From an uncultured Bacilli bacterium (GTDB lineage: Bacteria; Bacillota_I; Bacilli_A; RFN20; CAG-826), in assembly GCA_934700895.1 (NCBI GenBank), contig CAKUXV010000001.1, positions 199,733 to 263,732 on the forward strand: a DNA stretch of 64,000 nucleotides, written 5' to 3'. This document shows, piece by piece, positions 15,524 to 24,436 of this stretch. The position numbers and the translations under genes were made by a program. The notes under the pieces were generated by a model, which had not been told where the DNA came from, made no database searches, and saw only the letters and a program-made list of their open reading frames with translations. The first letter of the stretch is position 1; each line of letters starts with the position of its first letter.

Positions 15524-17443
15524 TCAAAGAGGAAGAAGAGCCGCGTAGTCGTTGGCGAGTTTGATGACTTCCTGAACGGTTAAGGGTTTCAATTTGTCGT
15601 TCATTCCTGCCCCGTCAATCATTCCAGAAGCAATCAATTGATAGATTGGAGTTCCCATCATGGAATTCTTGATGGCTGTTTCGCCGGTAGCATCCGTCAA
15701 TTTGGAAACGGTTAAGGTGGAGGGCTTATAGGAATCCCCAACTCCGGTCGTAGGGTTCGTCGTGACGTCATAGCCAAGAACAAGCCAAATGCCTGCAGTT
15801 TTGGAAATGTAGTACTTGCCGTTTTTGGAGTGATTGTAGGTGTAAGATCCATCTGCGTTATAGTCGTAGGTGTCGTCCACGTTGATCGTGTTGGTTTTAT
15901 CCGTGGTGAAAACGTTTTCGCAGAAGGTTTCGTGAACCGTCATGGCCGCGAAGGTGTCTTTGATTTCCCCAACGGTTGGATTTTTGCCTAGCAAGGTATC
16001 CAAGACGGGGTTACCCGTTTTGGTTCCATCGTAATTCATGACCGTTTGAAGGCGGATTTTATCCGTGTCGATGCTATTTAAGTCGGTGATGCGGATTTGG
16101 TCAGGCTCTTTGCCGTTGCACATATCCTTGAGGACGTTATAGAGCCTTTCGTTTCCAGCCTCAGGAATCACTTTGGTTAAGTGGATTTGCTTCGCATCGA
16201 AAGTTGAGAGGTCGCCAAGAGAAACTTGGTCGCCCGTTTTGCCTAATCCATCCTCGAGAATGCCAAAGAGCTCGCTGGAAGAATCCAAAACATTGGAAAG
16301 CTTGATCGCGTTGATATCCATGCTTCCTTGAAGGCTGGCCAAGGTGATGGCGTTCCAATCCGTCGCCCCCGTGATATCCATCAAGATGGCTTTTAGTTTG
16401 GGATCAGGATTTTTCATCGCCCGTGACAAATGGACGCGGTCCAAGGAGAAGGAGGAGATGGTTTTGACCGTGATATCGTCAAAAGAAACAACTCCGCATC
16501 CTTCGGCAAGAAGTTCCTGCGTACCCGCGTCTAAGCCGGAAACAACGGTAGAAAGATGGATGTTATCCATGTTGATGGCTTCGAGGTCGCTTAAGCGAAC
16601 TTTGTCGTAAGTCAATTGCTGATCCGCGGGCTTGCCATCGTTAAGGATGGGGAGGATCGTGTCGTAAAGGCTTGACTGCTCCGAATATGGGAGCAAGTCA
16701 TTGAGATAAAGGTTATTGATATCAAGGTTCTCCAAGTCGTTGAAGGTGGAATCCTTGACGATTTTAAATAAGGGGGAATCGCTTGGCATGCCAAAGCAAC
16801 GTAAGGCTTCCGCGGCTTCTTGCTGCCCTAAGCGAACTTCGAAGACTTGCCCGATATCTAGCAAAGGGATGGAGGCAAGCGCGGGATAATAAAGAGGTTG
16901 GGACGAATAGGAAGAAACGGGAGTTCCATCGTCTTGATAGGCGCGGACGTATTTGCTGTTATCTAAATAATAATATAGATAAGGGTTCTCCGCGTTGCCG
17001 GAAGGGACTTCCGACGCAGGGACCGCATCCCAGTTCGTCATAATGTGGAGGTTAGCAAAAGCGCCGAGTTCGCTGCTTAGATCCAACGAATTGATGCTCG
17101 CGGTGATTTTGATGGCCGTTCCGAAGAGGGAATTGAAATCGAATTCCCCGAATTTGATGCCACGAAGCTGTTCGTAGTCGACGCTGACATATTGGTCGAG
17201 TTGATAATTGTTGATCGCTTCGTTCAAGACTTTTTCGATAATGGGGAATTCATCGACGGTATAATTCCCGGCGTTCATGATGAGTTGGAGCAAAGAAGCA
17301 CTTGCCGCTTCTCCCGCCACGTTATCTTTCAAATAGGCGGAAGAAGGCACCGCGCAAACGGCGATTGCCACTCCTCCGGCCGCAACGGCTGTGGCAGAGA
17401 CGAACCCAATGCTGAACCATAAAATGTTTTTACCTGCTCCCAT
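15524..17443 (-). CDS. Large N-terminally anchored surface/secreted protein with about six 40-aa repeats
   Basis: 639 aa with an N-terminal TM/signal segment. The repeats share L-x-DL-x(3-4)-[DI]-x(3)-I-x-L-x-x-V, for example LSDLEAINMDNIHLSTVV, LGDLSTFDAKQIHLTKVI and ITDLNSIDTDKIRLQTVM. AAGGAGG RBS. Confidence 0.7.
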   Translation of the reverse strand: MGAGKNILWFSIGFVSATAVAAGGVAIAVCAVPSSAYLKDNVAGEAASASLLQLIMNAGNYTVDEFPIIEKVLNEAINNYQLDQYVSVDYEQLRGIKFGEFDFNSLFGTAIKITASINSLDLSSELGAFANLHIMTNWDAVPASEVPSGNAENPYLYYYLDNSKYVRAYQDDGTPVSSYSSQPLYYPALASIPLLDIGQVFEVRLGQQEAAEALRCFGMPSDSPLFKIVKDSTFNDLENLDINNLYLNDLLPYSEQSSLYDTILPILNDGKPADQQLTYDKVRLSDLEAINMDNIHLSTVVSGLDAGTQELLAEGCGVVSFDDITVKTISSFSLDRVHLSRAMKNPDPKLKAILMDITGATDWNAITLASLQGSMDINAIKLSNVLDSSSELFGILEDGLGKTGDQVSLGDLSTFDAKQIHLTKVIPEAGNERLYNVLKDMCNGKEPDQIRITDLNSIDTDKIRLQTVMNYDGTKTGNPVLDTLLGKNPTVGEIKDTFAAMTVHETFCENVFTTDKTNTINVDDTYDYNADGSYTYNHSKNGKYYISKTAGIWLVLGYDVTTNPTTGVGDSYKPSTLTVSKLTDATGETAIKNSMMGTPIYQLIASGMIDGAGMNDKLKPLTVQEVIKLANDYAALLPL

Positions 17444-17543
17444 AATGAACCTCCTTGGCTCTTTGAAACCTTCGAAACATTATAAGGGCAAAATGCCTGC
17501 GGCAAAAATGAAAGTTTTGTTCGAAAAGGGCAGACGATATTCC

Positions 17544-17572
17544 TTGAAGTCTTTCCCCTAACTGCTTATAGT
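17544..17572 (+). promoter_or_regulatory. Promoter TTGAAG-17 nt-TATAGT for the metK leader
   Basis: Read directly. Confidence 0.6.
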
Positions 17573-17579
17573 TTGCCTA

Positions 17580-17750
17580 CCGACGAAAAGCCGGGCATCA
17601 AGAAGCGCCAAAAGTAGCGTAACCAGGGCGCTAGCAACTCCCCAATAGGGGTAAGTGCTCGCTATAGCCTCTTCCCACAAAGAGGAACGATGCCGCGGAG
17701 AGAAGAAGCGCCTAAAAATGGAGCCTTCCACCTTGTGGGAGGCCTTTTTA
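17580..17750 (+). promoter_or_regulatory. SAM-responsive riboswitch (SAM-I clan, non-canonical) with terminator expression platform
   Basis: P1 is GGCATC (17594-99) / GATGCC (17689-94). The junction AUCAAGAAG leads to helix AGCGCC...GGCGCU, then AGCAAC, hairpin UCCCCaauaGGGG, UAAGUGCU and a 3' hairpin CCUCUUcccacaaAGAGG. Its loop CCCACAA (17674-80) is complementary to UUGUGGG (17733-39) inside the terminator at 17723-17749. Sits directly upstream of metK. Confidence 0.7.
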
Positions 17751-17774
17751 TCGGGTGAAGAAGGAGAATAGAGA

Positions 17775-18953
17775 ATGAAAGAAAAAATACTTTTTAGCAG
17801 CGAGTCCGTATCCGAAGGACACCCCGATAAAGTCTGCGATCGCATCGCCGACTCCATTTTGGACGAGTGCTTGCGCCTCGACCCCAAATCCCACGTCGCC
17901 TGCGAAGTGTTCGCCACGACGGAATTTGTTTTAATTGGCGGAGAAATCACCTGCGCCCGTTGGAAGGAAGTCAACTGCGAGAAAATCGTCCGCGACACCC
18001 TTCGTGAAATTGGCTACACCAAGCCGGAACTAGGCATCGGGTGCGACACCTGCGTCATTGAAAATCGCGTGAAGGGACAATCTTGCGATATCGAACAAGG
18101 CGTGGACCGCGGAAACATCTTGGAACAAGGCGCCGGAGACCAAGGAATCATGTTTGGCTATGCAACCAACGAATCCGACGGATACATGCCCCTTCCTATT
18201 TCCATTGCCCATAAACTAGTCCGCACGGCGACTGCTCTTCGCAAGAAAGGGGAATTCCCCCACGCCCGCCCGGACATGAAGAGCCAAGTTTCTTTGGATT
18301 ACACAGACCCCAACCATCTTCGCATCGATACGATTCTCATGTCCATTCAGCATGATCCAGAAGTGGATATGAATGAATTCAAAAAGTTCGTCTACGAAAA
18401 CATCATGCTCCCCGTGGCCAAGAGCTTCGGTCTTAATAGCGATTTCCGCGTTTTGATCAACCCGACGGGACGCTTCGTGATTGGCGGACCTGCTGGAGAT
18501 ACGGGGTTAACCGGAAGAAAACTGATCGTTGACACCTATGGCGGCTCTTCCCGCCATGGCGGCGGCGCCTTCTCGGGCAAAGACCCCTCCAAAGTCGATC
18601 GCTCCGCTTCCTATTACGCCCGCTATATGGCGAAGAACCTTGTGGCCGCAGGGGCTGCGGACCGCTTGGAAATCCAACTTTCTTACGCGATTGGCGTGGC
18701 CGAACCCGTTTCCATTGGGGTTACGACCTTTGGGACCAAACATGTTTCGGATGAAGTGATTCTTGAAGCCGTGCATCGTTTTTTCGACGCTCGTCCGGGC
18801 GCGATCATCTCCGCCTTCCATTTGACGACTCCCTCTTTCTCCTATGCGGACACCTGCAATTATGGTTGCTTCGGCCGTCCCGATATCGATGTACCCTGGG
18901 AAAAGCTAGACAAAGTGGACGAACTGACAAATTTTTTCAAAAATCATAAATAA
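17775..18953 (+). CDS. metK: S-adenosylmethionine synthetase
   Basis: 392 aa: FSSESVSEGHPDKVCD..., GAGDQG, ...GGGAFSGKD.... Confidence 0.95.
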   Translation: MKEKILFSSESVSEGHPDKVCDRIADSILDECLRLDPKSHVACEVFATTEFVLIGGEITCARWKEVNCEKIVRDTLREIGYTKPELGIGCDTCVIENRVKGQSCDIEQGVDRGNILEQGAGDQGIMFGYATNESDGYMPLPISIAHKLVRTATALRKKGEFPHARPDMKSQVSLDYTDPNHLRIDTILMSIQHDPEVDMNEFKKFVYENIMLPVAKSFGLNSDFRVLINPTGRFVIGGPAGDTGLTGRKLIVDTYGGSSRHGGGAFSGKDPSKVDRSASYYARYMAKNLVAAGAADRLEIQLSYAIGVAEPVSIGVTTFGTKHVSDEVILEAVHRFFDARPGAIISAFHLTTPSFSYADTCNYGCFGRPDIDVPWEKLDKVDELTNFFKNHK

Positions 18954-18967
18954 GTGGGTTAGTTTCC

Positions 18968-18999
18968 AAAAAAGTGGCTTGTCATGGGCCACTTTTTTC
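18968..18999 (+). terminator. Rho-independent terminator after metK
   Basis: aaaaaAGTGGCttgtcatggGCCACTttttt. Confidence 0.75.
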
Positions 19000-19119
19000 T
19001 TTGTTGTTTTGTGAGTAAATCAAAATGGATGTAACCGCTTACAAAACACATTTTTGTCAACCCTTACGGACAAAAAAATACAAGGTAAAATAAAGTTGAT
19101 CCTATAAAGGAGGAAAATA

Positions 19120-19668
19120 ATGAAATACCAAATTATCGGTAAAAACATCGAAGTCACCGATTCTATCCGCGCGGACATCGAAAAGAAGTTGGCCCGCATG
19201 GACAAGTACTTCGTCATCGATGACAATGTCTTATGTCGCGCCGTCGTCCGCAGCTATACGGTCGGGGCCAAAGTCGAAATCACCATCTTCACCAAGGAAA
19301 TGGATTTCCGTGCTGAAGTTAAAAACGCCGATCTCTATGCCGCCGTCGATCTTGCCGTCGATAAACTCGAAGGTCAAATGCGCAAACTCAAAACCCGCAT
19401 TGAACGCAAGAAAGAAACCGATTCCCTCGGCCGTGCTCTTGCTTTTGAAAACATCAAAGACTACGAAGAAGAGGATCCCGATGAAGTCGTTCGTACCAAG
19501 TCCATTCGCTTGGAGCCAATGACCATTGACGAAGCCATCACCCGCATGGAGGCACTCGGACATAGCTTCTTCATGTATCTCGACGAAGAAGACGACGAAA
19601 TCTCGGTCGTCTACGCCCGTGTCGATGGAGGATACGGCGTTATCGAAGCGGAAAATCGCTTGGCATAA
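19120..19668 (+). CDS. hpf: Ribosome hibernation promoting factor, long form
   Basis: 182 aa: MKYQIIGKNIEVTDSIR.... The C-terminal dimerisation domain ...MTIDEAITRMEALGHSFFMY... is present. AAAGGAGG RBS. Confidence 0.9.
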   Translation: MKYQIIGKNIEVTDSIRADIEKKLARMDKYFVIDDNVLCRAVVRSYTVGAKVEITIFTKEMDFRAEVKNADLYAAVDLAVDKLEGQMRKLKTRIERKKETDSLGRALAFENIKDYEEEDPDEVVRTKSIRLEPMTIDEAITRMEALGHSFFMYLDEEDDEISVVYARVDGGYGVIEAENRLA

Positions 19669-19685
19669 TTAGATGCTATGAGCGT

Positions 19686-19719
19686 AGGGGCTGGAATTTG
19701 CCAGCCCCTTTCCTTTTTA
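19686..19719 (+). terminator. Rho-independent terminator after hpf
   Basis: GGGGCTGGaatttgCCAGCCCCtttccttttt. Confidence 0.75.
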
Positions 19720-19764
19720 AGCGGATTTTACGTTTTTTTATTTTGGCTTGGTCCCATAGTTGGT

Positions 19765-19780
19765 TATAATCCTGCCTATG
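19765..19780 (+). promoter_or_regulatory. -10 TATAAT, 7-nt spacer, ATG; no SD (putative leaderless)
   Basis: ttggtTATAATcctgcctATG. A possible -35 TTGGCT lies 16 nt upstream. Confidence 0.5.
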
Positions 19781-20629
19781 GCAGGCAAAGTTCTAGCAAC
19801 CGATTTGGACGGGACGTTATTCTTCCCCAAAAGCCAAATTCAAATGATCCCGCGGAAAAATCGCCGTTTCTTGAAAAAATGGATTCAAGACGGCAATCGC
19901 TTGGTTTTGGTCACCAGCCGCGGTCACGAATTCATGGACCACATGAAAAAGAAGTTCCCCGACATTCCTTTCGATGTCGTCGGAGGAGATGGGACCTTCG
20001 TGCAAATCGGCGACCAAATCGTCAAGGAAGAATATTTCGAAGCAGAGCCCTTTCGTCGTTTTCTTAAAGAACTGGAAAGCGATTATGAACCGAGCCTTTT
20101 GATGACTTCCTCCAAGGATTACGGAATTATCCAACGCCGCAGCCGCAACCATGGGTGGGCCAACTTTTTCTACGTTATTTACCAGTTTTACCAAGGAACG
20201 TATCGCGAAAGTCGCGTGAAAGATGATCAGATTTTTTATGGCGAAATCGAAAAGGGCCGCACCTACAAGCTCATGGCTTGCATCGGCATCACGAAGACGA
20301 AGCAACGCTTGGCTTACCACCTCACGAATCTCTTCACCAAAGAATACCCCGATTTCGAATTTGCTTGGCTCAATCAGTTCATTGAAGTCACCCCTAAGGG
20401 GTGCGATAAAAGCAGTGGACTGTCCTTTTACCTTGACTATCTCGGCATTCCGAAGGAAAATGTATCAGTTATCGGCGATTCCGGGAACGACGCGCCCATG
20501 TTTGAGGCTTTTTACGAAAATAGCTATTGCATGGCTCATAGCCACCGCTTGGTTAAGCAAAAAGCCAAACACGTTGTCTCCTCTGTTGCTGATTTAGAGG
20601 CCTACCTGTACCCATCGGCGGATAGATAA
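19778..20629 (+). CDS. Cof-type HAD-IIB phosphatase
   Basis: MAGKVLATDLDGTLF... and ...GDSGNDAPMF.... The track ORF begins at 19760; I prefer the ATG at 19778. Confidence 0.7.
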   Translation: MAGKVLATDLDGTLFFPKSQIQMIPRKNRRFLKKWIQDGNRLVLVTSRGHEFMDHMKKKFPDIPFDVVGGDGTFVQIGDQIVKEEYFEAEPFRRFLKELESDYEPSLLMTSSKDYGIIQRRSRNHGWANFFYVIYQFYQGTYRESRVKDDQIFYGEIEKGRTYKLMACIGITKTKQRLAYHLTNLFTKEYPDFEFAWLNQFIEVTPKGCDKSSGLSFYLDYLGIPKENVSVIGDSGNDAPMFEAFYENSYCMAHSHRLVKQKAKHVVSSVADLEAYLYPSADR

Positions 20630-20652
20630 GGCCCCCGAGAAAGAAGAAAAAG

Positions 20653-21525
20653 ATGAATCAAAACACCGAAACCGTCGTCACCCTCGTTCATTACAACGTT
20701 GCGGTCCGCGACACTTTGGAGTACTGCCTCCAAAAACAAGCTTATGATGTGAAGCTTTTTGAGAGCAAAAAGAACACGATCCTCCAAGAGATCAAACAAA
20801 ACACCCCACTTAAAGCCATCCTCGACCACTCTGGCGACAATGGCAAGAAGATGGAGGAAATGATCGAAAGCCTCTATAACGATGTCTATGGCGAGAAATC
20901 CACGATCCTCAAAATCAGTGGCGACAAACTCGTCGTGGATCATGCCCAACACCTTGCTTTATTTGAAAAAGTCCTCCCGATCCACGACAACATCACCTCG
21001 ATGATCCGTGGCGTCATCCAAGACGGCATCAACAAGCAAAACGCTGCCCCCGAAGAACAAAAGGCCGCTCTTTCCATGGATGAGGCCAACAAACTCTGGC
21101 ACGCCGAAGACGCGATGTATCGCGCAGTTGCCTATTTGACCCTCGTCAATGAGCTCAACAAACTCTTCTCCGATTATAACATTGCCCGCAACGAAGCCAA
21201 AGGCGCCAACACCCCGGCTTCCAACTTCATCGGACAAGACATCTCTAAAGTCATTGGTTTCATCAACCAAGTCCGTGGAACCGCCATTGAAACCGACCTC
21301 GTCTACAAGGCGATGGAAGACAAGATCAACGCCCTCGTTGAAAACTGCATCGGTCGTCGTGATTTGCCGGTTGGCAAGCGTTTTCCGGACGTCCAACGCG
21401 AAGTTCTTGAAACCATCAACCTCTATGTCCGCGACGCCGAAGCCGCGATGAACGCCATCTACCCCGAAATGGTCAATGGTCTCATCAACCAAGTGAAGCA
21501 GGACGAAGCCAAAAAGGCTGCCTAA
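20653..21525 (+). CDS. Hypothetical protein, 290 aa, predicted all-alpha, no recognised family
   Basis: Long clean ORF with genome-typical codon use, no TM segments and no motifs I recognise. Confidence 0.55.
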   Translation: MNQNTETVVTLVHYNVAVRDTLEYCLQKQAYDVKLFESKKNTILQEIKQNTPLKAILDHSGDNGKKMEEMIESLYNDVYGEKSTILKISGDKLVVDHAQHLALFEKVLPIHDNITSMIRGVIQDGINKQNAAPEEQKAALSMDEANKLWHAEDAMYRAVAYLTLVNELNKLFSDYNIARNEAKGANTPASNFIGQDISKVIGFINQVRGTAIETDLVYKAMEDKINALVENCIGRRDLPVGKRFPDVQREVLETINLYVRDAEAAMNAIYPEMVNGLINQVKQDEAKKAA

Positions 21526-21559
21526 TTCATTCCCACTTTTCTAATAAAGGATCTCCATC

Positions 21560-21949
21560 ATGAACGATAAGAAGAAAAAAACATCCCTTCCGCGCAAAGA
21601 AATCGCTTGGTACGTCTTTGCCTCTTTCCTTGCGGTGGTTGGCTTGACCTTCATCGTCATCGGCATCGTGGGAGACCATCTTCCTATTAAATCCAGCGAC
21701 AATTGGGTTTTGATTTCCGAAGCTGCTTGGTTATCCAATTGGTCTCATATGGGTTACCGTTATTGGGGAATCATCCTTCTCGCTGCCGGAACATTGGTCG
21801 GCTGCACCGCGTTGACGATGTTTGCTCGTAGCGGCGACCGCGATTCCGAACGTGCCTTGCGCCGCGCACAGCGTCTTGCTGTGACGAGCGAAGAAGAACC
21901 CGTGGTCAAGGAAGCCGAAGTCACTTCGACGAAATTGGAAGTAAAATAA
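21560..21949 (+). CDS. Small membrane protein (2-3 TM) with a charged C-terminal tail
   Basis: 129 aa with hydrophobic segments WYVFASFLAVVGLTFIVIGIV and GIILLAAGTLVGCTALTMF. Confidence 0.5.
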   Translation: MNDKKKKTSLPRKEIAWYVFASFLAVVGLTFIVIGIVGDHLPIKSSDNWVLISEAAWLSNWSHMGYRYWGIILLAAGTLVGCTALTMFARSGDRDSERALRRAQRLAVTSEEEPVVKEAEVTSTKLEVK

Positions 21950-21969
21950 GAAGAATTCATCTATCTTCT

Positions 21970-21995
21970 GGCGGCGGTTTATCCGCCGCTTTTTG
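21970..21995 (+). terminator. Rho-independent terminator
   Basis: GCGGCGGtttatCCGCCGCttttt. Confidence 0.75.
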
Positions 21996-22095
21996 CTACT
22001 TAATATTTCCGCGCGTACGCATATGGGTTGCATTTCCTGCAGAAAGGAGTTTAATAGGGCGGGCCATCTCGTATGGCATACTAGGAGGTTTGGTT

Positions 22096-23007
22096 ATGAA
22101 AATCAAAATCGTTGGCGACACTTCCATGGATTTGTCGCCTGCTGCTCAAAAAGAACTTGGCATCCCTTGCGTCCCTTTTTCCATTCAATTTGGGGAAACT
22201 AGCAAAAAAGACACGACTTTCGAAAACGAAGAACTTTATGCGTATAACGAAACCCATAAGCAAATCGCCCAAACCAGCGCGGTCAACGTGGGCGAAGCTG
22301 TTGAATTCTTCCAAAAGCAAAAAGAGGACGCCGATCAATTATTCTACGTTTCGATTTCTTCTAAATTAAGCTCCGGTGTTCAAAATGCTTCGATTGCCGC
22401 GGAAGAAGTAGGTGGAGTTACCGTCTATGATTCCGAGTCTTTCTCCCTTGGCATTGCCTTGCTTGCTTTTAAAGCCAAAGAACTAGCGGATGCCGGAGAA
22501 AGCGATCCCCAAGCGATTAAAGCTGCGTTAGACGAATACCGCGAACACGTCGTTGCTCAATTGCTCATCGACGATTTGTCGTTCATGGCCCGCGGAGGAA
22601 GATGCTCCAAACTCTTGAGCTTTGGGGCGAACTTATTGAAGATCCACCCGGTTCTTATCTGCAAAGATGGCACCTTGCAGGTGCTTAAGAAATTCCGTGG
22701 ACCGATGAAAAAGCTCGGAAAGAAGTACGTGGATGAAACCCTTGCCTGCTTCTCCGAAATCGATAAATCCGTTGTTTTGGTAGGTTATACCAGCGAAAAA
22801 GACGCGATGGTCGACGATGCGGTGCAAGCCTTAAAAGATGCGGGATTTGAAAAAGTCTACGTGACGAAGACCAATTCCACGAACGCTTGCCATTCGGGAC
22901 CGAATTCCATCGGGTTTGCCTTTTTGAATTCGGCAAAGACCAAGGAAAAACATGAAGCGTTATTAACGCGCATCAAGAACAAATTCCTCAAGAAAAAAGC
23001 GGAATAA
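22096..23007 (+). CDS. DegV-family fatty-acid-binding protein
   Basis: MKIKIVGDTSMDL... has DegV layout. AGGAGG lies 7 nt upstream of the ATG at 22096. Confidence 0.8.
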   Translation: MKIKIVGDTSMDLSPAAQKELGIPCVPFSIQFGETSKKDTTFENEELYAYNETHKQIAQTSAVNVGEAVEFFQKQKEDADQLFYVSISSKLSSGVQNASIAAEEVGGVTVYDSESFSLGIALLAFKAKELADAGESDPQAIKAALDEYREHVVAQLLIDDLSFMARGGRCSKLLSFGANLLKIHPVLICKDGTLQVLKKFRGPMKKLGKKYVDETLACFSEIDKSVVLVGYTSEKDAMVDDAVQALKDAGFEKVYVTKTNSTNACHSGPNSIGFAFLNSAKTKEKHEALLTRIKNKFLKKKAE

Positions 23008-23087
23008 GCAAAAGAAAGGGCTTTAGCACTAAAAAGGGTACGAGCCCTTTTTTATTTGGTTTACAATGAAGCGAAAGGAAAGAACGT

Positions 23088-23447
23088 ATGAAGAAATTAG
23101 CATTGATTGCCCATGATAATAAAAAGGCCGACATCGTGGCTTGGGCGATGAAGAACGTGGAATCGTTAAAAAATTACACCCTTTGCGGAACGGGAAAAAC
23201 CGCTGAATTAGTGGAACAAGCAACGGGCTTAAAGGTTGAAGCCTTCCTTGGTGGTCCGTATGGAGGAGACCTAGAAATCGGCGCGGAAATCGCAACCCGC
23301 AAAATTGATATCGTCGTCTTCTTCTGGGATCCCCTTTGTTCCCAGCCCCATGACCCGGACGTCAAAGCCTTGATGCGCATCGCCGCGGTTTATGACATCC
23401 CCTTTGCCACCAATCGCGCGACCGCCGATTTGATTCTTGGAGCCTGA
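23088..23447 (+). CDS. mgsA: Methylglyoxal synthase
   Basis: 119 aa: KLALIAHDNKK..., ...GGPYGGD..., ...DPLCSQPHDPDV.... Confidence 0.9.
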   Translation: MKKLALIAHDNKKADIVAWAMKNVESLKNYTLCGTGKTAELVEQATGLKVEAFLGGPYGGDLEIGAEIATRKIDIVVFFWDPLCSQPHDPDVKALMRIAAVYDIPFATNRATADLILGA

Positions 23448-23464
23448 TCCAACCAACATCTATT

Positions 23465-23490
23465 AGCTGCCTTCCTGGCAGCTTTTTTTG
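23465..23490 (+). terminator. Rho-independent terminator after mgsA
   Basis: AGCTGCCttccTGGCAGCTttttttt. Confidence 0.8.
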
Positions 23491-23494
23491 ATAG

Positions 23495-23516
23495 AAAAAA
23501 GCCACCCGAAGGTGAC
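23495..23516 (-). terminator. Rho-independent terminator after 23540..24139
   Basis: Minus strand reads GTCACCttcgGGTGGCtttttt. Confidence 0.7.
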
Positions 23517-23539
23517 TTTTGAAAGGAGAATCGGAATTC

Positions 23540-24139
23540 TTATTTAAGAAGGGCAACCGCGCCAACGCCAGTTCCGAGAACCCCACCAACGCAACCGAAG
23601 CATCCGCTGAGGATCGAACCAATGCCGAGGGAATATTCCACGCCCGTTTTTAAATTCAAGGCATTCGTGATCTTGTCTTCAAATCCGCACATTTGCATGG
23701 GGAAGAAGGCCATGATGCCGGAAGCGACGAGGCAGAGTCCAGCGAGGACGAGAAGAAGCGCCCCAAATTTGCTCTTTTTGAAGAGGAGGGCAAGAATTGT
23801 GAGAATGAGGGCGGCCGCCATAAGGATGAAGACAATCATCGTGCCAGCGTGCGAAGGAGCGGTATAAACCATATTGCTGTCCACGGTAGAAAGCTTCACG
23901 CCGGGGAAGGTGGCCCATTCCGGGACATCTCCGCCAGAGGGGATGGTTTTGGAGAATCCGAATCCAAGGATTGCGCCCATGATTCCACTGGTTCCAACCG
24001 CGTTATTAGCGGCCCATGTGGTCTGATTGACGTTCGACAAGAAGAGTCCGAGGCAGAGGGCTGCGAGGGATAGAACTAACGTCAAGAACGCACCAATGCC
24101 CGTTAGTTTCTTGATAGACTTAGAGTTTTTCTTTGCCAT
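23540..24139 (-). CDS. Multi-pass membrane protein, unknown function
   Basis: 199 aa with 4-5 hydrophobic helices and a Gly-rich C-terminus. Confidence 0.55.
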   Translation of the reverse strand: MAKKNSKSIKKLTGIGAFLTLVLSLAALCLGLFLSNVNQTTWAANNAVGTSGIMGAILGFGFSKTIPSGGDVPEWATFPGVKLSTVDSNMVYTAPSHAGTMIVFILMAAALILTILALLFKKSKFGALLLVLAGLCLVASGIMAFFPMQMCGFEDKITNALNLKTGVEYSLGIGSILSGCFGCVGGVLGTGVGAVALLK

Positions 24140-24436
24140 GATTGAAATTTCCTTTCATGAAAAACGTAATTTGATTGTAGCCGTTTCTGCGAGGAATAGA
24201 ATAAGAAAATTTAAAGTTGTACAAAATACATACCTTTGTCTCAAAGCCTTTTGATGGTATACATATGGTCTAAAACTCAGGTTTTTTCAAACTTTTCTTC
24301 GTCGTTTTTCTATTCCTGTTGAAAATGTTGTTTATTTTTAAAGAGGATGGAAAAGGGATTTTTTGCTGTTTTAAGGACGCTGTAACTATGCTGTACTTTT
24401 ATTCGGAGTTAACCGAGTCGGATGAAACCGAATAAA

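Noticed and set aside
18954-19119. raiA-motif RNA upstream of hpf (raiA homolog).
   Set aside because: The 165-nt spacer consists of the metK terminator plus AT-rich promoter sequence. No extended GC-rich conserved structure is evident.
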